From assembly GCA_036986115.1 (NCBI GenBank), contig BTQY01000006.1:150-64149 (forward strand): DNA of 64,000 bases. The letters run 5' to 3'. Of the stretch, positions 44,130-54,035 are shown in pieces; the first letter of the stretch is position 1; each line of letters opens with the position of its first letter. A model generated the notes under the pieces. The model was not told where the DNA came from and made no database searches. It worked only from the letters and a program-made list of their open reading frames with translations. The translations under genes and the position numbers were made by a program. Origin of the DNA: Gammaproteobacteria bacterium (GTDB lineage: Bacteria; Pseudomonadota; Gammaproteobacteria; BTQY01).

Positions 44130-44216
44130 GCCGGGGTGGCGGAACTGGTAGACGCGCCGGATTCAAAATCCGGTTCTGGCAACAGAGTGCGAGTTCGATT
44201 CTCGCTCCCGGCACCA
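44130..44216 (+). tRNA. tRNA-Leu (anticodon CAA), CCA encoded
   Basis: GCCGGGGTGGCGGAACTGGTAGACGCGCCGGATTCAAAATCCGG...long variable arm...GAGTTCGATTCTCGCTCCCGGCACCA. Confidence 0.9.
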
Positions 44217-44383
44217 TCTTATACTGTGAAGCGATTGACAAATGCCAGCCCGCAAATGAACGCCGATCTACACAGGTTTGTCATAAAACGCAAAGGGAAA
44301 ACATATATTGTACAGAGGACACAGAGTTAATAATTCAATGTTCTTTTTCTCTGTGACCTCCGTGTCCTCTGTGGTGAATAATC

Positions 44384-44743
44384 TTAGATGGTGTAGTAAA
44401 TATACATCGGTGCAATAATATTAAGCGGGCCCAGAACAGGCACCGGGTCCAGCAGTGCCCTGAGATTCATGCGATCATCGTTCAACTGCAGCAATGTCCA
44501 GACGATAAGAATAATCACTGATGCCAGCGCGGCAGGCATTCCAAATTCGAATAATGCGGTAAATACCACGTATTCGGCCTGTGCTGCAGGAACAATCCCT
44601 GGATAATAGAAATGGAAGTACAGGGAAATCACCCACAGGTTCATCAGTGTCGGTATTAATGCAAACACCCACTTGATGACTATCGCATATCCATTACGGA
44701 CATCGCGATCATAAAAATATTCATCCTGATGATCGTCAGTCAC
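44384..44743 (-). CDS. hypothetical small membrane protein (3 TM)
   Basis: 119 aa, hydrophobic helices; no family recognised. Confidence 0.4.
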   Translation of the reverse strand: MTDDHQDEYFYDRDVRNGYAIVIKWVFALIPTLMNLWVISLYFHFYYPGIVPAAQAEYVVFTALFEFGMPAALASVIILIVWTLLQLNDDRMNLRALLDPVPVLGPLNIIAPMYIYYTI

Positions 44744-44759
44744 ATTGAGTGTACTACTT

Positions 44760-46400
44760 CTAAAAGTATTGTTTAAAGTAATTGATCAGGCCATTGGTCG
44801 AACTATCATGACTAGTTACCTTATCGTCACTATCCAGTGAATCCTGAATCGTGTTCGCCAGGCTCTTGCCCAGTTCCACGCCCCACTGGTCAAATGAATT
44901 TATATTCCAGACTATTCCCTGGGTAAATATCTTGTGCTCATATAAAGCAATCAGGGAGCCCAGTGTCGCTGGTGTGACCCTCGGCATTACAATAGAATTC
45001 GTCGGTTTGTTGCCTTCAAATACCTTGTGTTGCAGCAGAGCATCAATCTGGGCGGCCGATTTTCCCTCCGCCTCCAGCTCTGTGCGCACCTCCTGTGGCG
45101 TCTTGCCCTTCATCAGTGCCTTTGTCTGTGCGAGGTAATTTGCAAGTAACATCTTATGATGATTCGGTAAATCTACCTGACTTTCCACCGGAACGATGAA
45201 ATCACAGGGGATCAGGTGCGTGCCCTGCTGTATTAACTGGTAAAATGAATGCTGGCCATCGGTGCCTGCCTCACCCCATACGATCGGACCAGTCCGGTAA
45301 TCGACAATATCCCCATCCCTGGTGGAGCACTTGCCATTACTTTCCATGTCCGCCTGCCGCAGGTACACAGGTAATAATTTCAGGCGTTGATCATATGGCA
45401 TGACACCAAGACTGGTGGCGCCAAAGAAATTGATGTACCAGATGCCCAGCATAGCCATGATGACAGGCATGTTGGATTCCAGCGGGGCCTCGAGAAAATG
45501 CCTGTCCATTTGATGGGCACCCTTGAGTAATGCCTCAAAATTGTCCATGCCGATATAGATAGCGATAGAAAGGCCAACAGCAGACCATAGTGAGTAACGC
45601 CCGCCAACCCAGTCCCAGAACTCGAACATGTTGTCCTTGTCGATACCAAAAGCCTGTACAGCTTCGCTGTTCGTTGATAACGCCACAAAATGCCGGGCTA
45701 TCGCACTATTGTCCTTGCAGGCATCCAGTAGCCATTGCCGGGCAGTGGTGGCATTGGTCAGCGTTTCTTTGGTGGTAAACGTCTTGGAGGCAACAATAAA
45801 CAGCGTTGTCTCAGGGTCCAGCCCCTCTACAGTATCAGTGAAGTGTGCACCATCGATATTAGAAATAAAATGCACCCTGATACCAGGCTTGCTATACGCC
45901 TTTAGCGCTGAAGTCACCATCAATGGCCCCAGGTCGGAACCACCGATACCGATATTGACAACGTCTGTCACAGGCTTGTCTGTGTAACCTCGCCACTGCC
46001 CATTACGGACTGCATCGGAAAAGTCACGCATTTTATCCAGTACTCGATTGACTTCCGGCATAACATCATTGCCGTCGACATAGACAGGCTCATTGGAACG
46101 GTTCCGTAATGCCACGTGAAGAACTGCCCGATCCTCAGTCACGTTAATCCTGTCACCATTAAACATGCGGGCTTTTTGTTCGTCAATCCCGGCCTCTCTC
46201 GCCAGAGAAAACAGCAATGACATGGTTTCAGAGGTGATCCGGTTCTTCGAGTAATCCAGTAACAAATCACTGGCGAGCAGTGAAAATGATTCAAATCGTC
46301 CGGGATCCTGAGCAAACAGATCCCGCATGTGATGTTTTTCCATCACACGACAGTGCTCCTGGAGGGCCTGCCAAGTTCTAGATTCAGTTAGTGATGACAT
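44760..46400 (-). CDS. pgi: glucose-6-phosphate isomerase
   Basis: 546 aa; PGI signatures [16 protein letters not shown] and catalytic core. Confidence 0.95.
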   Translation of the reverse strand: MSSLTESRTWQALQEHCRVMEKHHMRDLFAQDPGRFESFSLLASDLLLDYSKNRITSETMSLLFSLAREAGIDEQKARMFNGDRINVTEDRAVLHVALRNRSNEPVYVDGNDVMPEVNRVLDKMRDFSDAVRNGQWRGYTDKPVTDVVNIGIGGSDLGPLMVTSALKAYSKPGIRVHFISNIDGAHFTDTVEGLDPETTLFIVASKTFTTKETLTNATTARQWLLDACKDNSAIARHFVALSTNSEAVQAFGIDKDNMFEFWDWVGGRYSLWSAVGLSIAIYIGMDNFEALLKGAHQMDRHFLEAPLESNMPVIMAMLGIWYINFFGATSLGVMPYDQRLKLLPVYLRQADMESNGKCSTRDGDIVDYRTGPIVWGEAGTDGQHSFYQLIQQGTHLIPCDFIVPVESQVDLPNHHKMLLANYLAQTKALMKGKTPQEVRTELEAEGKSAAQIDALLQHKVFEGNKPTNSIVMPRVTPATLGSLIALYEHKIFTQGIVWNINSFDQWGVELGKSLANTIQDSLDSDDKVTSHDSSTNGLINYFKQYF

Positions 46401-46463
46401 GTATATGATTAATCAGTATTCGAGTTTGTTTTAATCTGTTTGAATAATAGTCGTATCGCGAGG

Positions 46464-47372
46464 CTATTCACCATTCAGGATGTCATTAATAGACTGTAAT
46501 ACCTTATCGATGGCCTCGGCCGTTTCCGGCATATAGCGTGCCGCCTCACTTTTCTCGGTCCGTTCCCTGGCCACACTGTCTATGCGTTCACGCACACTAT
46601 CGTTGTCCTGAATAAACTTCAAAAACTCGGCACGGCCGATTCTCACTGCCTCCACGTGTTCCAGTGCCGCCACCGAGGCTGTTCTTGGTGCGCCGGTCAA
46701 CATGGCCTGCTCACCGAAATAATCTCCGCTATACAGCAGCGCCAGATTCAGTTCACGACCACCCATGGTACTGATATACACCCTGACCTGGCCGCTGCGA
46801 ATGATATACATGGCATCACCCTGCTCACCTTCCTTCAGTATCACCTCACCTTTTCTTGCGGTAAGCAGACTGGCCTCATCACTGAGTGAATTAATGGCAT
46901 CATCATTGAGGTGAGAGAAAATCACTACCGAGCGTAATGCTGTCCTCAGGGTGCGTTCACGATAGCGTTTATACACTGCATCCCGTATTGAATCAGAACT
47001 ATTTATCAGTTCTTCCAGGATCCCCCCGGGGATCTCCAGCAGCACCGAGTCCTTCGTGGTGGTCACGGTAGCGATCCTTGGTGTCATAAACAGTGCGCCG
47101 ATCTCGCCGAAGATCTCACCTGTACCAAGTTGCCCGAGGATGATCTTCTTGCCATTCAGGGTTTCCGTCACATCGACACTGCCGGTAATAATGATAAATA
47201 CGCGTTGATCTCGCTGTGCCTGTTTACACAGGACTGTGCCCTTCGGCGCGGTACGCACCAGGCCATTTTTCATCAGGAATTCGCGATCCTCTGATGTCAG
47301 CAGATCACCAAACAAGGCGTTTTCCTGGACCGCCTTGCGTACTGAATCCAGTATTGCGTTGATATCGACCAT
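46464..47372 (-). CDS. tandem cyclic-nucleotide-binding (CAP_ED) domain protein without a recognisable output domain
   Basis: Two cNMP-binding domains (GEIFGEIGAL, GDYFGEQAML phosphate-binding cassettes); no HTH. Confidence 0.7.
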   Translation of the reverse strand: MVDINAILDSVRKAVQENALFGDLLTSEDREFLMKNGLVRTAPKGTVLCKQAQRDQRVFIIITGSVDVTETLNGKKIILGQLGTGEIFGEIGALFMTPRIATVTTTKDSVLLEIPGGILEELINSSDSIRDAVYKRYRERTLRTALRSVVIFSHLNDDAINSLSDEASLLTARKGEVILKEGEQGDAMYIIRSGQVRVYISTMGGRELNLALLYSGDYFGEQAMLTGAPRTASVAALEHVEAVRIGRAEFLKFIQDNDSVRERIDSVARERTEKSEAARYMPETAEAIDKVLQSINDILNGE

Positions 47373-47403
47373 ATATCTCTCCAGTAAATGTCTTCCCTGG
47401 GCC

Positions 47404-47436
47404 AGTGGTCTAACAAACTTATATTGTTAGACCACT
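47404..47436. promoter_or_regulatory. perfect 13-bp inverted repeat (AGTGGTCTAACAA-N7-TTGTTAGACCACT) in the divergent promoter region
   Basis: Exact palindrome 32-64 bp upstream of the cNMP-binding gene start, in the 258-bp gap before ppc. Confidence 0.45.
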
Positions 47437-47630
47437 ATTCCTAAAGAAAGGATAGCATGGCTCTCAGAGACCTCTGTGAAATACATCAAACCTTGCAATG
47501 TCCGCCCTGAATGTCAGCCATGTTAGCGACGAAACACCGCCACAACGCCCGGTAACAGTCCGATTAAATTGTAATTCCCATTAAATATCAATGATATACC
47601 TGGCTATCGGCGCTGGACCGAGGTTCTGCT

Positions 47631-50507
47631 ATGATGTGCGCCCGCAAAACGGGTTTTAGCCCTGGAAATTATAGGAAATTAGCATGCTGTATGAACAGGT
47701 TGCCCCCTGATGTCATGACAAACGACAAGGATCTACGCTCCCGCGTCCGTCTGTTCAGTACCTTGCTGGGCCATGTGCTCAAATCGCAGGCAGGCAGCCA
47801 CGTGTTCGATGCCGTTGAGACCCTGCGCAAAGGCTATATCAGTCTGCGAAAGGAAGATAATCCGCGCAAACGCAAACGCCTGATGAAGCTCATTGCCGGC
47901 CTTGACCCGGACACCACAACTCATGTGGTTCGGGCCTTCAGTACCTATTTCAGCCTGGTCAATATTGCTGAAGAGGCATTCATGCACCGGCAACGCCGCC
48001 GTCAGGTACGCTTTGGTGGCCCGTTATGGAAGGGATCCTTTCATGAAACTCTCAGGGAATTTCGCCAGCAGGGGATCACGCTGCAGCAGCTGTTGTCCCA
48101 GCTGGAACAAATCATGTATATCCCGGTATTCACTGCTCACCCGACCGAGGCAAAGCGCCGCACCATCATGGAGGCCCTGAGACGAATTTTCCTGCTGGGG
48201 GAAAAACTCAATGATCCGCGTCTGGGCAAAGCAGAACGTAATGAAGTTACCAGAGAACTCGAAACTCATATTCAAATACTCTGGAAGACGGATGAAGTCC
48301 GTGTGCATCGCCCCAAAGTTAAAGATGAAATTCGTAATGGCATGTTCTATTTCCGTGAATCACTTTATGATGCCGTGCCAACCGTGTATCGGCACCTGGA
48401 AACGGCAATCCGCAGCGTCTATGTCGATGAACTCGAACCTGAGCAGTGGCTGGACCTGCCGGGGCTGGTACGGTTCGGATCCTGGATTGGCGGTGATCGT
48501 GACGGCAATCCCAATGTAAAGCCGGAAACCACCATACTGGCATTGCGAATGCATATGCGAGAAGTCCTTGTTTCCTATCTGACGCGTATTAACCGCCTGG
48601 GACATGTCCTGACCCACTCAGACAAGATCTGTCTGCCTTCGGCTGCTTTCCTTGATAACCTGCAGGGCGATGACGAACTTTGTTCACAGATATTTACCGA
48701 AAACCCGGATCGCTATATCCATGAACCTTACCGACGCAAGTTATTCATCATGGGCTTTCGCCTGGAACAAAACCTGCGTACGGTCAAAGGCCATCTGGAA
48801 GAACTCACCGGTGAAACACTGGATGGGGCATATACGTCTGAACAACAACTCCTCGATGATCTCTATGCCATCCGTGACTCATTGATGAGTCATGATGATA
48901 CCAGGGTTGCAGAGGGTGAACTGAAAGATTTGATCCGACTGGTCGAGACCTTTGGTTTCTTTCTGTCTCAACTGGACATCCGCCAGGAATCCTCTCGCCA
49001 TACGGAAGCAGTTGCCGAGATCCTGAAAAAAACCGGCAACACTGATTACATGTCACTCTCTGAAGAAGACCGCATGTTGGCACTGGCAGCACAGATTGTT
49101 AACACGAAGACGGTCACCGACACATCAGGCTATTCTGATGAGACCAGTGAAACTGTCGAAGTGTTCCAGGTCATGGCCAAGATGCAGAATGAAGTCAGTG
49201 CCAATGCCTTTGGCAATTATGTTATATCGATGACACATTCTGCCAGTCACATCCTGGAAGTAATGTATCTTGCCAGCCTGGCGGGCCTGGCCGGCAAGCG
49301 TAATGACCACTGGTTCTGTCATATCAGGATATCTCCGCTTTTTGAGACTATTGATGACCTGACCCACATCGAGCCGATAATGACTGCACTGTTGAATAAT
49401 CCAGTTTACTCGGCGTTGCTCAACACCTCGGGTAATTTGCAGGAAGTCATGCTTGGCTACTCCGACTCATGCAAGGATGGTGGCATCCTGGCCTCGGTGT
49501 GGAACCTGTATCAGGCACAGGAGAATCTCAGCAGGATCGGCGAACAGCACAACGTAAAGATAAGAATGTTTCATGGCCGTGGCGGCACTATTGGGCGTGG
49601 CGGTGGACCTACCCATGAATCAATACTCTCCCAGCCACAGGAGACCGTACATGGACAAATCAAGTTCACCGAACAGGGTGAAGTACTATCGTACAAATAC
49701 AGCAATACCGAAACAGCGATTTACGAACTGGCTATGGGTATCACCGGTCTGATGAAGGCCAGTCTGCATCTGATCAACACCGGACTGACCGCCAAACCAC
49801 AATACCTGGACATCATGCGCGGGCTTGCCGAGGCTGGTGAGGCCAAGTACCGTGAAATGATCCAGCATACCGATGGCTTCATGGATTACTTTTATGATGC
49901 CACACCAGTGGTGGAGATCGGTTTATTGAATATTGGTTCACGTCCTTCACATCGCAATAAAGCCGACCGCTCCATGGGTTCCATTCGTGCCATCCCATGG
50001 GTGTTTGGCTGGGCGCAGTCCCGCCATACGTTACCGGCCTGGTACGGCATCGGTACGGCTATTGAACAATGGCGGGGTGATGACCACACTCGTGCCCGGC
50101 AATTACGCGCCATGTACCAGGAATGGCCTTTCTTCCGCGCGCTGTTAAGTAATTGCCAAATGGCATTGTTCAAGGGTGATATGCCGCTGGCAAGAGAGTA
50201 TGCCTGGTTGTGCGATGACCCGGAAGTGGCCGACCGCCTCTATAACAAAATCAACCGGGAATATGAAAGAACCGTTGCCTCGGTCCTTGATGTAACCAGC
50301 AGCAGCAGCCTGATGGAAGAGAACCCCACCCTGGCACTGTCGCTGACACGCCGTGATCCCTATCTTGATCCACTCAATAATATTCAAATCACACTTTTGA
50401 AGCGTACCCGTGATGAGCAGCTCGACGAAAGCGAACGCGAGCAATGGCTGAATCCGTTACTGCGCACCATAAATGCCATTGCGGCCGGCATGCGGAATAC
50501 GGGATAA
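47631..50507 (+). CDS. ppc: phosphoenolpyruvate carboxylase (true start probably an internal Met about 20 codons in)
   Basis: VFTAHPTE active site; GYSDSCKDGG; FHGRGGTIGRGGGP; C-terminal NTG. Confidence 0.95.
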   Translation: MMCARKTGFSPGNYRKLACCMNRLPPDVMTNDKDLRSRVRLFSTLLGHVLKSQAGSHVFDAVETLRKGYISLRKEDNPRKRKRLMKLIAGLDPDTTTHVVRAFSTYFSLVNIAEEAFMHRQRRRQVRFGGPLWKGSFHETLREFRQQGITLQQLLSQLEQIMYIPVFTAHPTEAKRRTIMEALRRIFLLGEKLNDPRLGKAERNEVTRELETHIQILWKTDEVRVHRPKVKDEIRNGMFYFRESLYDAVPTVYRHLETAIRSVYVDELEPEQWLDLPGLVRFGSWIGGDRDGNPNVKPETTILALRMHMREVLVSYLTRINRLGHVLTHSDKICLPSAAFLDNLQGDDELCSQIFTENPDRYIHEPYRRKLFIMGFRLEQNLRTVKGHLEELTGETLDGAYTSEQQLLDDLYAIRDSLMSHDDTRVAEGELKDLIRLVETFGFFLSQLDIRQESSRHTEAVAEILKKTGNTDYMSLSEEDRMLALAAQIVNTKTVTDTSGYSDETSETVEVFQVMAKMQNEVSANAFGNYVISMTHSASHILEVMYLASLAGLAGKRNDHWFCHIRISPLFETIDDLTHIEPIMTALLNNPVYSALLNTSGNLQEVMLGYSDSCKDGGILASVWNLYQAQENLSRIGEQHNVKIRMFHGRGGTIGRGGGPTHESILSQPQETVHGQIKFTEQGEVLSYKYSNTETAIYELAMGITGLMKASLHLINTGLTAKPQYLDIMRGLAEAGEAKYREMIQHTDGFMDYFYDATPVVEIGLLNIGSRPSHRNKADRSMGSIRAIPWVFGWAQSRHTLPAWYGIGTAIEQWRGDDHTRARQLRAMYQEWPFFRALLSNCQMALFKGDMPLAREYAWLCDDPEVADRLYNKINREYERTVASVLDVTSSSSLMEENPTLALSLTRRDPYLDPLNNIQITLLKRTRDEQLDESEREQWLNPLLRTINAIAAGMRNTG

Positions 50508-50509
50508 AA

Positions 50510-50632
50510 TTAGCTCTTTCGAAATCTTTTCTACCGCAGAGGTCGCTGAGGTACGCAGGGCTGTGCGGGGTAGTATGGCCCACTTTCCTTCCTCTGTGTC
50601 CCCTGCGTTCTCTGCGGTTAAATATTTTTTTC
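50510..50632. repeat. REP/MITE-like element of the CCTCTGCGGTTAAA family between convergent ppc and panD (probable bidirectional terminator)
   Basis: TTAGCTC...ACCGCAGAGGTCGC...TCTCTGCGGTTAAATATTTTTTTC; homologous to 42532-42680. Confidence 0.65.
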
Positions 50633-51011
50633 AGGCGACCTGAACAGGAATGGTATTACGGGTGTGGGTAATGGCGTTGTTTTCATCCAGATAAACCAGG
50701 GTTGGCTTGAAGTTGCTGAGTTCGTGCTGGTTCAGCACCACGTAGCTGCAGATGATAATACGGTCACCTGGATTTACCTTGTGGGCGGCCGCACCGTTCA
50801 CTGAAATTATGCCGGAACCATCCTCGGCACGAATCGCATACGTCGTGAAACGTTCACCATTGTTAATATTGTAGATCTGGATCTGCTCATACTCATGAAT
50901 TCCGGCCGCCTTTAGCAGCTGTCCGTCAATCGCACAGGAACCTTCATATTCCAGCTCGGCATGGGTCACGCAGGCCCGATGAAGCTTGGATTTGAGCATG
51001 GTATGTTGCAT
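50631..51011 (-). CDS. panD: aspartate 1-decarboxylase
   Basis: [30 protein letters not shown]. Confidence 0.95.
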   Translation of the reverse strand: MQHTMLKSKLHRACVTHAELEYEGSCAIDGQLLKAAGIHEYEQIQIYNINNGERFTTYAIRAEDGSGIISVNGAAAHKVNPGDRIIICSYVVLNQHELSNFKPTLVYLDENNAITHTRNTIPVQVA

Positions 51012-51097
51012 AGCGACTTGCTTCCTTTACTGCCCGGGTGTTTTCAAGAGCCCGTATTATGAGGCCTCGGGGCTCGGGCATCAAATCAGTGTATGAA

Positions 51098-51964
51098 TTA
51101 CCTGTCCAGGAATGCCAGATCTACGTGTAAGTTATCGATTAATCGAGCTTTTCCCAGGCTGGCAGCGGCCAGTAACTGCAGCGATTGATGATCACGGGAT
51201 GGTGCCTGCAGATCCTCGGCGCGGCGAATACTGACATAATCCGGCTCAAGGCCGGCCTCTATCAACTGCTGCCGGGCCTGCTGTTCAAGCACCGGAAAAT
51301 CATTGTCGCCAGCCTGCAGGGCGTCCCGCATCTGACACAATACCCGGTATATCGCCCCGGCACGGGCGCGCTGCCCTGCATCCAGGTAACCATTGCGGGA
51401 ACTCATGGCCAGTCCATCAGTTTCACGAATAACAGGCGCACCTACGATCTCTATCGGCAGGTCCAGGCTTTTTGTGAGGTAGCGGATGAGCAGTAATTGC
51501 TGGTAATCCTTTTCACCAAATATGGCCACGTCCGGCTTCACCATCGAAAACAGTCTTGCCACCACCCTGGCAACGCCGGCAAAATGCCCCGGGCGGTCAT
51601 GTCCACAAAGAATATTTTCCAGTTCATCCGGCAATGTCAGCCGTACTCCGGCAGAATGGCCCTGTGGATAGACCTCCACTTCATCCGGCATAAACACCAG
51701 GTCAGTACTCAATTTATCCAGCAGCTCGCAGTCTGCTTCAATAGTGCGTGGGTAACCCTGATAATCCTCCGCCTCGCCGAACTGGGTTGGGTTCACGAAG
51801 ATACTGACCACCACCTTGTCGCACAACAATTGTGCCCGGGTCACCAAAGAAGCATGACCCTCATGCAGGTTGCCCATAGTCGCGACAAGTCCAACGCTGA
51901 GCCCCTGTTGCTTCCACTGGCTAACGGTTTTCTGTAGCGCTGATAATGAGGTTACGGATTGCAT
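51098..51964 (-). CDS. panC: pantoate--beta-alanine ligase
   Basis: MGNLHEGHASLV HIGH-like motif; 288 aa. Confidence 0.95.
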   Translation of the reverse strand: MQSVTSLSALQKTVSQWKQQGLSVGLVATMGNLHEGHASLVTRAQLLCDKVVVSIFVNPTQFGEAEDYQGYPRTIEADCELLDKLSTDLVFMPDEVEVYPQGHSAGVRLTLPDELENILCGHDRPGHFAGVARVVARLFSMVKPDVAIFGEKDYQQLLLIRYLTKSLDLPIEIVGAPVIRETDGLAMSSRNGYLDAGQRARAGAIYRVLCQMRDALQAGDNDFPVLEQQARQQLIEAGLEPDYVSIRRAEDLQAPSRDHQSLQLLAAASLGKARLIDNLHVDLAFLDR

Positions 51965-52001
51965 TCGTTAATAATGTATTTCCCGGGCGGGATGAAAGGT
52001 A

Positions 52002-52808
52002 TCAATAACTATATTCAGTTGACGGGTAACTGCCGGACTTTACCTGTTCAACAAAACCTGCGATCGCATCACGAATACTATCGCTGTCTTTCAGGAAATC
52101 CTTCACGAACTTTGGCCTGGATCCACTGGTGATGCCCAACATATCGTAAATCACCAGGACCTGTCCATCACAATCACAGCCGGCACCAATGCCTATGGTT
52201 GGAATTTCGATGGCACTGGTTATCTGTTTACCAAGTGAGCTGGGAATACATTCCAGCACCAGCATGCCGGCGCCTGCCTGCTGAACCAGTAACGCATCTT
52301 CCAGGATCCGGCCGGCAGAGTCCGCATCCCGCCCCTGCACCCTGTAGCCATCCGGTGTCTCCACTGATTGCGGTAATAAACCAAGATGCGCACATACCCC
52401 GATTCCCGAATCAGTAATCGCCTTAATGACATCAGTGACTTCCCTGCCACCTTCCAGCTTGACCACATCGGCGCCACCGGACTCTACCAGCCGTTTTGCA
52501 TTGCTAACCGCATCAGCTGCGGTGCGATAACTTTGATATGGCATGTCGGTCACGATCATGGCCCGCTGTCTGACACGTGATACGCAATCACTGTGGTACA
52601 CCATGTCATCGACTGACACAGGCCGCGTGGATTCATGTCCCTGCAACACCATGCCAAGAGAATCCCCTACCATAATGATCTCGACACCGGCCTGATCGAC
52701 AAGGCGTGCAAAGCTGGCATCGTAACTGGTCAGGCAGGTTATTTTCTCGCCCTTGCCTTTCAGTCCCTGTAAATGCTGCAATGTCACAATGTCTGATGCG
52801 TTATTCAT
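52002..52808 (-). CDS. panB: 3-methyl-2-oxobutanoate hydroxymethyltransferase
   Basis: 268 aa; KpHMT fold motifs LTSYDASFA and VKLEGG. Confidence 0.95.
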   Translation of the reverse strand: MNNASDIVTLQHLQGLKGKGEKITCLTSYDASFARLVDQAGVEIIMVGDSLGMVLQGHESTRPVSVDDMVYHSDCVSRVRQRAMIVTDMPYQSYRTAADAVSNAKRLVESGGADVVKLEGGREVTDVIKAITDSGIGVCAHLGLLPQSVETPDGYRVQGRDADSAGRILEDALLVQQAGAGMLVLECIPSSLGKQITSAIEIPTIGIGAGCDCDGQVLVIYDMLGITSGSRPKFVKDFLKDSDSIRDAIAGFVEQVKSGSYPSTEYSY

Positions 52809-52814
52809 CGCTGG

Positions 52815-53486
52815 TTACTTTTTCCTGAGTTCGAATGGCAACGGATTAAAATAATGTCTGCCGCTACTGGTGTCTCGTACCTGTTTGAGCATCAATTCAT
52901 AATCCTGATCGTTGTTTACAGGATCAATCTCGGCAGCATTAACAATTAACAGTGGCGACGCCGTATAGTTGATAAAGAAACGTGCATAGGAATCAACCAG
53001 CCGTTCCAGATACTCGGTAGCAATGCCTGTTTCCATTTCGTTGCCCCGTTTAAGTATTCGTTCCATCAGCACATCAGCCGGGGCCTGAAGATATATCACC
53101 AGATCCGGTCTCGGCGCATCCAGCGTCAGACTGGCATAGACCTGATCGTATAACCTGAGTTCATCATCATCCAGAGTCAGTTCGGCAAATATGCGGTCCT
53201 TTTCCATCAAAAAATCGGCCACCCTGACGGGGCTGAACATATCGGCCTGTCTCAGTTCCTGCATCTGCCTGGCACGCTGAAACAGGAAAAACAACTGTGT
53301 TGGCAGGGCACCCGCACGAGGATCCTGGTAAAACCGCTCCAGAAAAGGGTTTTCGGCCGCTCCCTCGAGTAACAAATCACTGCCAAAGGACTCCGATAAT
53401 CGGCGTGACAGGCTGGTCTTGCCTACCCCGATCGGCCCTTCCACCACGACAAACCCGGGTGTTGTGCCACTTCCTGGTCCCTTCAT
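52815..53486 (-). CDS. deoxynucleoside kinase (dGK/dAK/dCK family)
   Basis: P-loop VVVEGPIGVGKTS; ERF..ENPFLERFY motif; DRY-like RIxKRGR region; 223 aa. Confidence 0.75.
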   Translation of the reverse strand: MKGPGSGTTPGFVVVEGPIGVGKTSLSRRLSESFGSDLLLEGAAENPFLERFYQDPRAGALPTQLFFLFQRARQMQELRQADMFSPVRVADFLMEKDRIFAELTLDDDELRLYDQVYASLTLDAPRPDLVIYLQAPADVLMERILKRGNEMETGIATEYLERLVDSYARFFINYTASPLLIVNAAEIDPVNNDQDYELMLKQVRDTSSGRHYFNPLPFELRKK

Positions 53487-53511
53487 GATGCCGACCTGAT
53501 CAACAGCTTAT

Positions 53512-54033
53512 TCATGCTGATAACTCACTGAGTAATTCAAGACCATCATCATCACAGATTTTTACTATGTCCTGTAGTCTATGAGTGCCTTTAGCCGTGC
53601 CGGGAATATGCAAATGTGGTGCTATCTCAAACAAAGGATACAGGACGAAGTTCCTCTCCAGCAGCCCCGGATGAGGCAAGCATAATTCATTTGTATGCAT
53701 AAGCAATTCATCGTATAGCAGTATATCGAGATCCATGCTCCGGGGGCCCCATCGAACCGCATCCCTTGCCCTTCCATGTTGATCTTCAATGCCTTGCAGT
53801 GCGTGCAACAACGGCACCGGGTCAAGTGAGGATTCCACGCAGACAACCGCATTGATGTAATCCAACTGTTCGATCCCTTCTCCGGTCAACTGCAATGGCC
53901 TACTGCGATACAGGCCCGAATGTTTAACACACCGGCAACCGGGCATGTCATCCAGATCGGCAAAGGCTCTTTGCACACGCTGGACCGGTCCATCCAGATT
54001 GCTGCCTATACCGATGTAAGCCAGATGCGTCAT
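53512..54033 (-). CDS. folK: 2-amino-4-hydroxy-6-hydroxymethyldihydropteridine pyrophosphokinase
   Basis: MTHLAYIGIGSNL...GPRSMDLDILLYD. Confidence 0.9.
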   Translation of the reverse strand: MTHLAYIGIGSNLDGPVQRVQRAFADLDDMPGCRCVKHSGLYRSRPLQLTGEGIEQLDYINAVVCVESSLDPVPLLHALQGIEDQHGRARDAVRWGPRSMDLDILLYDELLMHTNELCLPHPGLLERNFVLYPLFEIAPHLHIPGTAKGTHRLQDIVKICDDDGLELLSELSA

Positions 54034-54035
54034 TA

